Source of the DNA: a virus
Virus record (IMG/VR): IMGVR_UViG_3300025168_015970
Location: 1 to 64,000 of that record
Length of the DNA stretch: 64,000 bases
Direction: 5' to 3' (one strand)
In this document: in pieces, positions 1 through 9,301 of the stretch
Layout of the letters: every line of letters begins with the position of its first letter
Position numbering within the stretch: position 1 is the first letter of the stretch
The notes under the pieces: generated by a model
The model's input: the letters and a program-made list of their open reading frames with translations, nothing else
Databases searched by the model: none
Told to the model about the DNA's origin: nothing
Program-made: the position numbers and the translations under genes

Positions 1-1167
1 CCATTCCCAGACATTAATCATAGGACACAATATAAACTTCATTGTTTTAATAAAATCAATATTATCTGACATTGCTTTACGCTTTGGATTATTACAACAG
101 TTAACCTGTATATCGGTGCGACTACCTCTATCGTTATATAAACTTTGAGGTACAGGAAAATTTTGATTAATACGAGCTACTAAATCAAAAGAATCAATAT
201 TATCTCCTTGATCTTTTACATGAGGAGAAGAACATACGTAAGAAATAGTCTTACCTTCTATTAATTTCGCTAATTGCTCATTACGTTTATAGTTAGTATA
301 CGTAGTAGTGTTTAACGCTTTCATTCTCGGGTCATGAAAATGAGCTTCTGGAGTAGGAGAACTAGAACTCCATTTGATAGCAGGTACTGAATGTTTTATG
401 TTAATAATATTATCATCTAAACCTTCATACCATATAGACTTATTGTGATGCCATCTACTTAATTGGTATTCAGTATTATCAACCATTAATTCTGACGGTA
501 CTATATCACTAGCAGTTGTATTTTGTACACATATAATAGGGTTAATAACAACACGATTATTTTTAAAACTCTTATCATATATAACATCTATAGGTAATAC
601 TTTTGCAAGTCTATTTTCTTCCATATAATAAGCAGGGTCACTAGGTATTTTGCTAGTAATTTTTGCTATCATATTTTTATTATAACCTATACTCTGAGTA
701 GCCCAGACTTCTCCTGAAGGTTTGTCTAAGTGAGCTGTTAATTGAATTAACTTAGTATTAAAAGTAGCGCCTAAATAAAATAAATCCCAATCTGTAGTTT
801 GTATTTCGTTATATAGTTCCTCAAAATTAATATTATCAATATGATTTTTTACAAACGTAATATCATCTTCTAGTACTAATATTCTATTATAATTATTATC
901 TATTGCATCTTGACAACATTTAACATGACTTAAAATACAACCTAAATGACCTAGGCTTGAAGTTCTAGTTCTATTATTAATTACATCTGTATATTTATCT
1001 TTTAAATAAACACCAGATATACGTTTATAGTTGATGTTATAATGAGATAGAATCTCATTGACCTGTTCCATTCGGTCAGGTCTAATATCTAAATTTATAA
1101 CATATACTTGATCGAAATATCTCGTTATAAATTTAGTAAACGAAGAAACCCCATTACGTTTAGCCAT
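1..1167 (-). CDS. Glycosyltransferase, GT25-like N-terminal domain fused to a GT29 (sialyltransferase)-like domain; partial, runs off the left edge; not in the ORF track
   Basis: Manual translation from ATG at 1167 is open to position 1. MAKRNG..VYVINLDIRPDR..GHLGCILSH..ILVLEDD..WDLFYLG matches GT25; KTISYVCSSPHVKDQGDNIDSFDLVARIN..GSRTD resembles sialylmotif L. Confidence 0.75.
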   Translation of the reverse strand, partial: MAKRNGVSSFTKFITRYFDQVYVINLDIRPDRMEQVNEILSHYNINYKRISGVYLKDKYTDVINNRTRTSSLGHLGCILSHVKCCQDAIDNNYNRILVLEDDITFVKNHIDNINFEELYNEIQTTDWDLFYLGATFNTKLIQLTAHLDKPSGEVWATQSIGYNKNMIAKITSKIPSDPAYYMEENRLAKVLPIDVIYDKSFKNNRVVINPIICVQNTTASDIVPSELMVDNTEYQLSRWHHNKSIWYEGLDDNIINIKHSVPAIKWSSSSPTPEAHFHDPRMKALNTTTYTNYKRNEQLAKLIEGKTISYVCSSPHVKDQGDNIDSFDLVARINQNFPVPQSLYNDRGSRTDIQVNCCNNPKRKAMSDNIDFIKTMKFILCPMINVWEW

Positions 1168-1170
1168 ATT

Positions 1171-1812
1171 TTATTCTCCATTATAGTCCTCAACATACGG
1201 ACTTAAATTATCAAAATTACAGCTTAGCTTTGCTCGGCGATCCTTTTCATCATTAATTAATGGGCAACATTCTCCTGCTCCTTCTACTAACTGATAAAAC
1301 AGTATTAAACTTAAAATTTCCGCAGTATGAAAATGTTCAGTTTCAAGTATACATTCAATGACTGCATCATCAAACGGGAGTCTATCTGTATGTCTTAAAT
1401 TAACTGAAGGCTTACCTGTAATAATACAACACGGAACATCATTGTTAACAGACCAATTCAATGCTCCACATATATTTTTTGAAGTACCTGTAGAAGATAA
1501 ACCAATAATAAAAGCATTATCTTTATTAAAAGTATTTTTTATATGTAAATTATCTAACCACTTAACAAACAATTCTTCATAACCATTATCATTAGCTATT
1601 GAAGTAAGATAAGTCGGGCTATCTAAACTAATTACATTTTTAGTTGTTAATCTTGAACAGTCTGCTGCGCCATGTTGAGCAACTGCATAATTACCACCGT
1701 TACCTAAAACAATAATATTTTGTCGTTCATTAAAGAGAGTTTGTATCTGTTTAAAGGAGTCACTTTCACATATATCTTTAAATTTATTTTCTATACCCTC
1801 AAGATTTAACAT
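1171..1812 (-). CDS. SIS-domain sugar-phosphate isomerase (GmhA/phosphoheptose isomerase-like)
   Basis: GNGGNYAVAQH, TSIANDNGYEELF and GLSSTGTSKNI motifs typical of GmhA/DiaA SIS proteins. Confidence 0.75.
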   Translation of the reverse strand: MLNLEGIENKFKDICESDSFKQIQTLFNERQNIIVLGNGGNYAVAQHGAADCSRLTTKNVISLDSPTYLTSIANDNGYEELFVKWLDNLHIKNTFNKDNAFIIGLSSTGTSKNICGALNWSVNNDVPCCIITGKPSVNLRHTDRLPFDDAVIECILETEHFHTAEILSLILFYQLVEGAGECCPLINDEKDRRAKLSCNFDNLSPYVEDYNGE

Positions 1813-1836
1813 TTAAATATAATAAGATATAAAAAT

Positions 1837-2673
1837 TTAAAAGCCACTAATTATTTCCGCGGCTACATTATTTTTATTAAATTTTTCTAACTCATTATCA
1901 ATGTGCCAATAAACCTTTTTTATATTACCTTTAGTATCAACATCAAACTGTAATATTTTTTTATTAGATAGTAAGCCTTCAATTGAAGTACGGCCTAGAA
2001 ATATACCAGAAACAATATCACATTGTCTATAGTATTTTTCAACTCGCCATGTAGGTTCGTGGGTGATAAAATTCGGGTGTACAGTACTATAGTCGTTTCT
2101 ACCGACGTGCATAACTTTAAAGTTTTGTTTCTCTGATAGATCTAGCAAATATTTTAAAGGTTTATAACGTAAGTAATCTAAACTACCAGGGAACAAAACA
2201 ACTTTATCTTTAATACTCTTTTTCTTTTTGCAGTTATTAAAGTTAAACCTACCAAAATCAAAAGGGTTATATATAAGTTTAATTTTACTATTAGGTATTT
2301 TTCTCTTAATATAATCAACAATAGACGGTCTTATACCTATGTAACCAGTTATATTAGGATGTATTATCGGCTCTTCTAAATCTAAAACTTCTGAATGAAC
2401 TATATTAATATTTTTTTTGCTTTTTACATTTTTTAGATACTCCCATATTACTTTACCATGAGAAAATAAAACTAAATCATATTCATTAGAACTTATAAGT
2501 TCTTTAGATGGAAAATTTATATTGCTTGATTTATCTACAAGCGGTGAACCAACAAACGGAGAATATATAGAAACAATATGACCTGCATCTCTTAAAGCTG
2601 TAGATAATTCATAAAAATATATTTCTGATCCAGTAAATTCTTTATAACTAAGACAACCTATAAGTATATTCAC
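1837..2673 (-). CDS. GT-B (GT4-like) glycosyltransferase
   Basis: TGSEIYFYELSTALRDAGHIV, IYNPFD, YYRQCDIV..GRTSIEGL; GTG start. Confidence 0.65.
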   Translation of the reverse strand: MNILIGCLSYKEFTGSEIYFYELSTALRDAGHIVSIYSPFVGSPLVDKSSNINFPSKELISSNEYDLVLFSHGKVIWEYLKNVKSKKNINIVHSEVLDLEEPIIHPNITGYIGIRPSIVDYIKRKIPNSKIKLIYNPFDFGRFNFNNCKKKKSIKDKVVLFPGSLDYLRYKPLKYLLDLSEKQNFKVMHVGRNDYSTVHPNFITHEPTWRVEKYYRQCDIVSGIFLGRTSIEGLLSNKKILQFDVDTKGNIKKVYWHIDNELEKFNKNNVAAEIISGF

Positions 2674-2680
2674 TGTAAGT

Positions 2681-2708
2681 ATTTTAATTGTAAACTACGA
2701 AAAAGCAA
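2681..2708 (-). promoter_or_regulatory. sigma70-like promoter for the glycan cluster
   Basis: TTGCTT-16 nt-TAAAAT, 7 nt upstream of GTG at 2673. Confidence 0.45.
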
Positions 2709-2724
2709 ATAAATACTTAAAGAT

Positions 2725-3519
2725 ATGGCTAAACGTATACGCGTTTCCGCGAGTTCTAACTCAACTAAAAAAACCGCTGCTAGTGGTCGTAGAGTTAGCA
2801 AAAAAACAAAAATTAGTAAAACTGAAATTACTAATAGTATAGAAAAAAATACATTTCTTGATTATAATATACAACAAAAATACAATCTAACACCAGTACA
2901 TGAAAATTTCTTAGATGTATGTTTTAAGGATACCTGTAATTTGTCCTTAATAGATGGTCCTGCAGGGTCAGCTAAAACTTACCTATCTGTATATATAGCT
3001 CTTCAGCTGCTCCGGACCCATAAAATAGAAGAAATTATATATATTCGAAGTGTTGTTGAGTCTGCATCTAAAAGTATGGGTTCATTACCTGGAGAAGTTG
3101 AAGATAAATTCTTACCATGGAGTTTACCTTTATTAGAGAAATTAAATGAGCTCCTAGATAAACCTACGATTAATAACTTAATGTCAGAAAGTTTTATAAA
3201 GTGCGTACCCGTTAATTATACAAGAGGATTAACGTTTAAAAATGCATGTGTATTAATTGATGAATCTCAAAATTTAACTAAAGAGGAACTTACTACAATT
3301 TTAACTAGATTTGGTCATAATTCAAAATATATTGTTATTGGAGATTCTCAACAAAGTGATATCGGTAATAAATCTGGATTTGATTTAATATTTAAAGCGT
3401 TTAATACAGAGGAATCTTTAGAACATGGTATGAATGTATTTAAATTTACGGAACTTGAAATTGTTAGATCAGAAATATTAAAATATATCGTAAGAATACT
3501 ACAAAAGATAAAAAGTTAA
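2725..3519 (+). CDS. phoH: PhoH-family ATPase
   Basis: GPAGSAKTY Walker A variant, GSLPG, RGLTF, IDESQN, GDSQQSD and IVRS motifs. Confidence 0.92.
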   Translation: MAKRIRVSASSNSTKKTAASGRRVSKKTKISKTEITNSIEKNTFLDYNIQQKYNLTPVHENFLDVCFKDTCNLSLIDGPAGSAKTYLSVYIALQLLRTHKIEEIIYIRSVVESASKSMGSLPGEVEDKFLPWSLPLLEKLNELLDKPTINNLMSESFIKCVPVNYTRGLTFKNACVLIDESQNLTKEELTTILTRFGHNSKYIVIGDSQQSDIGNKSGFDLIFKAFNTEESLEHGMNVFKFTELEIVRSEILKYIVRILQKIKS

Positions 3520-3707
3520 AGATGAAACGTCAATGCTTTACGCATTCTTTCGAATAAAGTTCGTTTATTTTGACCACTCTCAACTAAACGAGAATATTCT
3601 AATTTAAATGCTTCTATAAATTCTGGAGATAAATCAAATTTGCGCGGATAAAAAGACCTAATCCGTCTAATCATATATTTTTCACATAATTTGTCATACT
3701 CTTGCAT
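3516..3707 (-). CDS. Small hypothetical late protein
   Basis: ORF preceded by TAAATA (3713-3718, minus) 5 nt from the ATG. Confidence 0.6.
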   Translation of the reverse strand: MQEYDKLCEKYMIRRIRSFYPRKFDLSPEFIEAFKLEYSRLVESGQNKRTLFERMRKALTFHL

Positions 3708-4469
3708 TTAAGTATTTAATCTATTATTCTTTTTATCTTCAGCAACTTTTCTTTCCATTTCCTTTTTTATGTGAGAGTTTTCTTCAGGATCTACATCTTT
3801 CCATACTTCTTCTAGTTTTTTAATCTCTTCAAGAGTTTCTTCATCTAAAATATTACCAGGAGAGGTAGCTGAACCATCTTCATCTATATATAATTTTAAT
3901 AATTCTATACGTTCTTCCCTACTACCAAACACCTCGATAATAGGTGGCTTATCATCAACAACAAAAAATGTTGTCTTCGGATTCTGTTCATGTTCTCGGT
4001 GTACAGCTTTGAAGATATTATCTATAGATTCTACAATTTCAGAATCTGTATCTCTTAAGTCATCCTCCTCCATTGGTACAGGGGCTACTTTAGTTATAGG
4101 AGTAAAAAATATAACATCTAAATTTCGAAAACTCTCTCTTACTAATGGTATACACTTACCAATAAATGCTTCATCTATGTCATTATCTGGCTGCTCAACA
4201 GCCCACATACTATATACTAAATTATCTAAAGGGCATCTATCAAAAACTACATTATCTCCTGATCTATATTTTTGAGTTTCTTCAATTTGAAAATTAAGAA
4301 TTTCCCATTGAGTTTTTTTATTTGTTTTTGATGAGTGGTCGAGATTATTATCTTTGATAATATCTCTATATGTTTTTTTAGGTGTAACATAATTAGGCCA
4401 CTGTCCTAAAAAATCTTTTATTAAAGTAGTTTTTCCTTGACAAGCTGTTCCACTAATTGCAATCCTCAT
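3708..4469 (-). CDS. P-loop nucleotide kinase (AAA_28/dNMP-kinase-like)
   Basis: IAISGTACQGKTT Walker A and FDRCPLD motif; directly downstream of queE. Confidence 0.7.
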   Translation of the reverse strand: MRIAISGTACQGKTTLIKDFLGQWPNYVTPKKTYRDIIKDNNLDHSSKTNKKTQWEILNFQIEETQKYRSGDNVVFDRCPLDNLVYSMWAVEQPDNDIDEAFIGKCIPLVRESFRNLDVIFFTPITKVAPVPMEEDDLRDTDSEIVESIDNIFKAVHREHEQNPKTTFFVVDDKPPIIEVFGSREERIELLKLYIDEDGSATSPGNILDEETLEEIKKLEEVWKDVDPEENSHIKKEMERKVAEDKKNNRLNT

Positions 4470-4487
4470 ATTTTTTTATTTATTAAA

Positions 4488-5249
4488 TTATACTTTTAAG
4501 GCCATGTCCCATACTAATAGGTGTAATCTAGGGCTAAATTTAAAATGATAAGATTTAGCAAACTCAGCTATTTCTTCTGCTCTTTCAATATGCTCTTTTC
4601 TACTACCAGCACAAGGCATTAACCAGACTCTATCATTTGGTATATTAAATTTATGTACATACTTTGTTAATACTTCTTGTAAGTCTTCTTCCTTACTAAT
4701 AACAAATTTAAAACCAGAATTATTTGTTACATGCCATTTTAATACCTCTGGTTTATATCTTCGCTCCTCAGGATCACCATTATTACTAAGCTTAGGGGAT
4801 GTCGTAAACGTTGCACCAACTCTTAACCAGTCGCTATGAGGCATAATCGTTGCATTAGTTTCAAAATCAATCCTAGGTACTGTACCCCACTCTACTTCTA
4901 TATGCTCTAAAAATTTAAGTAATTTAGGTTGCTGTACTAATGGTTCACCTCCAGTAATTTTCCAAATTGCTCCATTCTCAAGAGCTTTTCTGTAACCACC
5001 ATCTTCTAGATATGTAGTTAACTCTGCAAAGGTCATCTTATTCTTTACACTCCAAGAAATAAAACTATCACAACCATGAGGAGAATCAGCTGAAGCGAAG
5101 CCTTGACATGTTAAATTACACATTGATAACCTCATGAATACTGAAGGCCAGCCTACGTATTCTCCTTCGCCCTCAATAGTATAAAATACTTTATCGTCAG
5201 ATAATAATAATGTTTTATCCTTAAGGTCTTCCTTATAATCGTTCGTCAT
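4488..5249 (-). CDS. queE: 7-carboxy-7-deazaguanine synthase (radical SAM)
   Basis: FYTIEGEG..SVFMRLSMCNLTC..GCDS, ITGGEP, ETN, SPKL and FSPRLH motifs. Confidence 0.92.
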   Translation of the reverse strand: MTNDYKEDLKDKTLLLSDDKVFYTIEGEGEYVGWPSVFMRLSMCNLTCQGFASADSPHGCDSFISWSVKNKMTFAELTTYLEDGGYRKALENGAIWKITGGEPLVQQPKLLKFLEHIEVEWGTVPRIDFETNATIMPHSDWLRVGATFTTSPKLSNNGDPEERRYKPEVLKWHVTNNSGFKFVISKEEDLQEVLTKYVHKFNIPNDRVWLMPCAGSRKEHIERAEEIAEFAKSYHFKFSPRLHLLVWDMALKV

Positions 5250-5382
5250 TTAAATATAAATCTTTAACATCTCTAGGCTCTGGCTTAACCTCTTCCTTTT
5301 TTGGTTTGCCCCAATCAATATCATTCCAGTTATCACCGATTTTTGATATATCTTCTTTACGTCTTTTACTACCTTTACTCAT
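5233..5382 (-). CDS. Small hypothetical protein (49 aa, MSKGSKRRKEDISKIGDNWNDIDWG...), not in the ORF track
   Basis: Fills the queD-queE gap and overlaps both neighbours; ATG at 5382, TAA at 5233. Confidence 0.6.
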   Translation of the reverse strand: MSKGSKRRKEDISKIGDNWNDIDWGKPKKEEVKPEPRDVKDLYLNDERL

Positions 5383-5842
5383 TTGATAATCTAATCTCCG
5401 TTTCTATACCTTCATAAATAGCAGAATTATTTTCATGTTCAAATATTTCTACTTTCTTACACCAACATCTACCCTTAGTAATTTCTTTTATGTATTCATC
5501 TGCTGTCTTGTAACAAAACTCAGCAAATTTCTCAATACCAACTCCACCTTCCATAATACGTAAATCTACAATATCATGCTCATTTAAAGATTTAAAGTTT
5601 GCTATTGCTGGGTCAGTAGACGAAATAACTGTAGTATGATCAAATTGAAGTTGGAATATTTTCTTAAGGTTTTTTAAACTACCAAAATCTACAACCCAAT
5701 TATTCTCATCTAACTCTTTCGCACCGAACCAGAATTTACCGACTAAACGATATCCATGAATAAATCGACAATGAGACTTTGCTTCAGGCTGCCTAAAGGC
5801 ACAACTACCTAATTCAATAATCTTAGTACTGCTAAAAGACAT
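5375..5842 (-). CDS. queD: 6-carboxytetrahydropterin synthase (QueD/PTPS)
   Basis: SHCRFIHGY, VVDFG, FDHT and EIFEHENNSA motifs. Confidence 0.9.
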   Translation of the reverse strand: MSFSSTKIIELGSCAFRQPEAKSHCRFIHGYRLVGKFWFGAKELDENNWVVDFGSLKNLKKIFQLQFDHTTVISSTDPAIANFKSLNEHDIVDLRIMEGGVGIEKFAEFCYKTADEYIKEITKGRCWCKKVEIFEHENNSAIYEGIETEIRLSNE

Positions 5843-5849
5843 AAAAGCT

Positions 5850-5908
5850 ATTATAACTGAAGCCTAAAAAAATTCAACTGTTGATTACTTAGCGGCTTCC
5901 TATATAAT
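5850..5908. promoter_or_regulatory. Divergent sigma70-like promoters for queD (minus) and folE (plus)
   Basis: Minus: TTGAAT-16-TATAAT-7-ATG (5877 to 5850). Plus: TTGATT-16-TATAAT-6-ATG (5881-5908). Confidence 0.6.
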
Positions 5909-5914
5909 AACTGC

Positions 5915-6550
5915 ATGAGTGAATTATTGCAGTATGCAAACGGTAACTTACCACGGTCTGAAGAAGAGAAAGAAATAATTATTGAGAAAGCAGCATCCGC
6001 TTATGAGAAATATATGGACGCTCTAGGTTTTGATTGGAGAAATGATCCTAATAGTTCAGATACCCCGAGACGAGTAGCAAAGGCTTTTGTTAATGACTTA
6101 GCTGAAGGTTGTTATAATTTACCACCAAGGATTACAGCATTCGATAATGTGGATAAATATGATGGATTAGTATTTCAAGGTAATATTAAGGTAAATTCTT
6201 TTTGTTCTCATCATCATTTACCGTTTATTGGTCAAGCTCATGTATCTTACATACCTGGTAAAGACGGAAAAGTAATTGGACTAAGTAAAATTAATCGAAT
6301 TGTTGAATGGTTTGCGAGACGACCACAAGTACAAGAAAATTTAACGATGCAAATTCATAATTATATGAATGAAGTATGTAAAGATAATAAAGGTATTGCG
6401 GTCTTAGTTTCAGCTAATCATACTTGTGCTGGACTTCGCGGAGTTAAGCATGATAGTATTATGAAAACTGCGAGAATGTCAGGAGCATTTTTAGATAAAA
6501 CAGATTTGACAAGACAAGAGTTTTACGATTTTATAAGAGACTTAAAGTGA
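5915..6550 (+). CDS. folE: GTP cyclohydrolase I
   Basis: DTPRRVAK, SFCSHHHLPF, GLSKINR, RPQVQE and HTCAGLRGV motifs. Confidence 0.95.
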   Translation: MSELLQYANGNLPRSEEEKEIIIEKAASAYEKYMDALGFDWRNDPNSSDTPRRVAKAFVNDLAEGCYNLPPRITAFDNVDKYDGLVFQGNIKVNSFCSHHHLPFIGQAHVSYIPGKDGKVIGLSKINRIVEWFARRPQVQENLTMQIHNYMNEVCKDNKGIAVLVSANHTCAGLRGVKHDSIMKTARMSGAFLDKTDLTRQEFYDFIRDLK

Positions 6551-7612
6551 GTCTAAAATTTGTTTGATTTGATCAAGGTCGACATGCTCCGGTATGTCGG
6601 CTTTTATTTTGTCAAAATCATCAAAATTATCTCTTATATTACTCGCGCTATATGGTCTACCATCAGGGCTAGAGGATACCTCGACTGCAGATTGTTCTGG
6701 GTCAATAATATTAATATCTAACCCTTCTTTTTCAGCCCATGGACTAGCATAAGACCAACGTTTCCAATCATTGTCTTTTTTACTTGCACCTAATACAGCT
6801 GTTGTACCAGGGTCTAAAGTTTTAAGAGATTCATAAGCAGAAGTTACAGGAGAAGGATGTTCAGATATACTTATAGTAACGTTATTCAAAGGTTGGGTAT
6901 ATATTTCAAATATTTGTTTTGCTGCAGCGGGAGTAATTAATTTACCGTCTTTAGTTCTTCTTTCACTTTTAGCAGAAGGTGCTGAAATTAAAACATGTAT
7001 TTGTCCCTGAGGGTACATATTACTATATTGTTCCACCATTTCGTAATGGCCTCTATGAGGGGGTTTAAAACTACCGGGTATAAGTACAACTACTCTATCA
7101 GTATCAGCTTCCGCTAAACTGTTTTTTTTTAAATCATCTATAAGAGTATCTATTTTAGAATCAAAATTTTCACTCAAACCATAATCAACAACAATCTTGC
7201 GTAATATCTTTGCTATTTCTTTCGCATTTTCTGGTTGTACATCTTGAGTTATAGCTTCTCTTTCAACATCAGATAAACTAACATTATCTAAATCAACAAA
7301 TAAAGATTTACGCGCTAAATTAACATAAAATGTTTCTCCTTCTGTAGTTAACGGAGCTGGTGCTTCTGGTGCTGGTGCTGGGGCTTCTGGCTGTTCTCCT
7401 TGATTTAATTCATCCCCTTCAGCTTCATCTAAAGATTTCAATAACTCCTGTCTTTTCTTTTTTGCTTTTTGAGCGATTTGTTTTTTGACTGGGTCTTTAG
7501 TAGTACCATCTTCAACCTCTTTTTCAATACGGTCAATTTCCGATTGATCGGTTTTTGCTGGTTTTTTACCACCATGCATCATTTCATGTATCTTAGAGAG
7601 AAACTTACTCAT
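6542..7612 (-). CDS. Protein with a C-terminal HIGH-motif nucleotidyltransferase (cytidylyltransferase-like) domain and a charged N-terminal region
   Basis: PGSFKPPHRGH and SASNIR motifs; perfect TATAAATA late promoter at 7619-7626. Confidence 0.7.
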   Translation of the reverse strand: MSKFLSKIHEMMHGGKKPAKTDQSEIDRIEKEVEDGTTKDPVKKQIAQKAKKKRQELLKSLDEAEGDELNQGEQPEAPAPAPEAPAPLTTEGETFYVNLARKSLFVDLDNVSLSDVEREAITQDVQPENAKEIAKILRKIVVDYGLSENFDSKIDTLIDDLKKNSLAEADTDRVVVLIPGSFKPPHRGHYEMVEQYSNMYPQGQIHVLISAPSAKSERRTKDGKLITPAAAKQIFEIYTQPLNNVTISISEHPSPVTSAYESLKTLDPGTTAVLGASKKDNDWKRWSYASPWAEKEGLDINIIDPEQSAVEVSSSPDGRPYSASNIRDNFDDFDKIKADIPEHVDLDQIKQILDSL

Positions 7613-7621
7613 CTTAATTAT

Positions 7622-8170
7622 TTATAGCAACGAAAGCTTATTTCTCATGTCATTGAAGTATGTTTTGTCTAAAAACGTAAGATCATACTTTTTACAGAAA
7701 TATTGAAGTTTATTAAAATAAAATGGTTTTAATTGTATTTTTTGAAGTTTGCGAGTAAGAATTAAAATAGCTTCTTCTCTTCTACCGTTACACTTAAGAT
7801 TTTTTTTAAATTTATTGAAGGAAAAGTCTTCTTTTAATATAACAACTGGAAATTTTTTGATAAACATATCTAAGAAGGGCAGATACTTGTTATTAAGATC
7901 ATTTGATACATCAAAAAATATAACTGGTTTATATTTCTTATTATAATTTTTTAAGATTTCGCAGGTATAATATATAAAATAATGAAATATATATTTTTTG
8001 TGTTGAGTATTGTTTAATTTAATCTCTGAATCAAATTCAGATACTTTAGTAATTGAAAGATTATGTATACATTCAATTACAGGAGAAAAATTAACTACAT
8101 TAAAAAACGAATTCGGTAATTTATAATTTAAGGTCTGGCTTTGTATTAAGTTCTCGAATTGTGCTTGCAT
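7622..8170 (-). CDS. Hypothetical protein
   Basis: 182 aa ORF overlapping the upstream resolvase; start uncertain. Confidence 0.55.
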   Translation of the reverse strand: MQAQFENLIQSQTLNYKLPNSFFNVVNFSPVIECIHNLSITKVSEFDSEIKLNNTQHKKYIFHYFIYYTCEILKNYNKKYKPVIFFDVSNDLNNKYLPFLDMFIKKFPVVILKEDFSFNKFKKNLKCNGRREEAILILTRKLQKIQLKPFYFNKLQYFCKKYDLTFLDKTYFNDMRNKLSLL

Positions 8171-8624
8171 TTTTTTTCCAAAAGTCTGTATAACTAATTA
8201 TAACATATTTGTTAGTATAGCGCAAGAAATTATCAAATCGGAAATAGTGAGATAATTCAACTGGAAATAAAATATAACTACCTTTGCGAGTTACTTTAAT
8301 TACGAGAAACCAATATGTTCCACTCTCTGCTTGTTCAATCCATTTATTAAGAGTTTTATTATCTGTAAATAGTTGATGATATTCGAATGTTTTGTAACTC
8401 TTACACTCAATTTTGAATTTAGACATGCATGGAGGTACCATTATATCTCCATCCATCATGCGCTTTTGATCTTCTGTTAGTCGATCAAGTCTGTGAAAAT
8501 TAGCGCCTCCAGTATAGGCTCCGGAATTTGGAACTCTAATAAAATTTTCATTAAACGTTTCACTTAAATCTTTAGCAACTTCTCTTTCCCAAGCGTTACC
8601 TTTTTGTTTCGCCGCACTAGGCAT
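8121..8624 (-). CDS. Hjc-like Holliday junction resolvase (PD-(D/E)xK)
   Basis: KQKGNAWEREVA..SGA..GDI..IECKSY pattern. Confidence 0.75.
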   Translation of the reverse strand: MPSAAKQKGNAWEREVAKDLSETFNENFIRVPNSGAYTGGANFHRLDRLTEDQKRMMDGDIMVPPCMSKFKIECKSYKTFEYHQLFTDNKTLNKWIEQAESGTYWFLVIKVTRKGSYILFPVELSHYFRFDNFLRYTNKYVIISYTDFWKKNASTIRELNTKPDLKL

Positions 8625-8637
8625 ATATAAGTATATA

Positions 8638-9237
8638 TCACTTAGCTAGATCTTGCAAGTTAATAGCTTGTTTAACTGCATCAATTGGTATTTGGGCTGT
8701 CCAGTAATTACCTTCATCTGCAGGCTGTAATTCTGGTAATTTATTTCTATCTAATATGAGTAGATATGCTCTCGATTTTTGTTTATATTCATGAAAAGCA
8801 AATCTACCAGCTAATTGAATATCATCTGATACATATGAACCGGTAATACCTTTGCGTGTATTACCAACTCCACGAGAAACAACAAAACCATGTTTATTTA
8901 AATTTTTATATTCTGCGGAAGATATTCCTCTATATACTTCATCAGAATTATTTTGTAATTTAGCAATGTTAGCAACGATAGCTTCGTGCTCTTCTCCTTC
9001 TGGTGGAAATAATAAGTAGTCATATATACTTTTAGCTTCGTTTAACTTTTTCTTTTTTTTCTTTTTTTTTCGCTTTATTAACTTACCTAATACTTTAGGA
9101 ATTCTAGCATCCCCGGGAGCATATGTATCACTATCTTCATAATCCCCGCCACCTTGTCCACCAGATGCACCCATATTAGCTGTAGCTGTAGTATTATCAG
9201 TTAAATATTGATTTACTATTTCATCGAAGCGATTCAT
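8638..9237 (-). CDS. Late protein with a putative ADP-ribosyltransferase-fold C-terminal domain
   Basis: VYRGIS..GF..SYVSDDIQLAGRFA..LLILD..EGNY..IPIDAV resembles Tpt1/ART folds; TAAATA promoter at 9244-9249. Confidence 0.5.
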   Translation of the reverse strand: MNRFDEIVNQYLTDNTTATANMGASGGQGGGDYEDSDTYAPGDARIPKVLGKLIKRKKKKKKKKLNEAKSIYDYLLFPPEGEEHEAIVANIAKLQNNSDEVYRGISSAEYKNLNKHGFVVSRGVGNTRKGITGSYVSDDIQLAGRFAFHEYKQKSRAYLLILDRNKLPELQPADEGNYWTAQIPIDAVKQAINLQDLAK

Positions 9238-9268
9238 TTTAATTATTTATCTCTATAATAGTAATTAG

Positions 9269-9295
9269 TTGCATTAAGAGAGATTTAACTATAAT
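9269..9295 (+). promoter_or_regulatory. sigma70-like promoter for the uvsY-uvsW-55-47-46 operon
   Basis: TTGCAT-15-TATAAT, 6 nt upstream of ATG 9302. Confidence 0.45.
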
Positions 9296-9301
9296 AAGTA
9301 C

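Noticed and set aside
4488-6550. que/folE genes as simple auxiliary metabolic genes for tRNA queuosine or folate
   Set aside because: No queF, tgt, queA or other folate genes in the window, and in phages this gene set typically serves DNA modification; not formally excluded
9047-9070. Long A-tracts (poly-Lys codons), plus the A9 run at 7122-7130, as programmed frameshift or phase-variation sites at domain junctions
   Set aside because: Both ORFs are intact in frame, A-runs are common in this AT-rich sequence, and no stimulatory structure is evident
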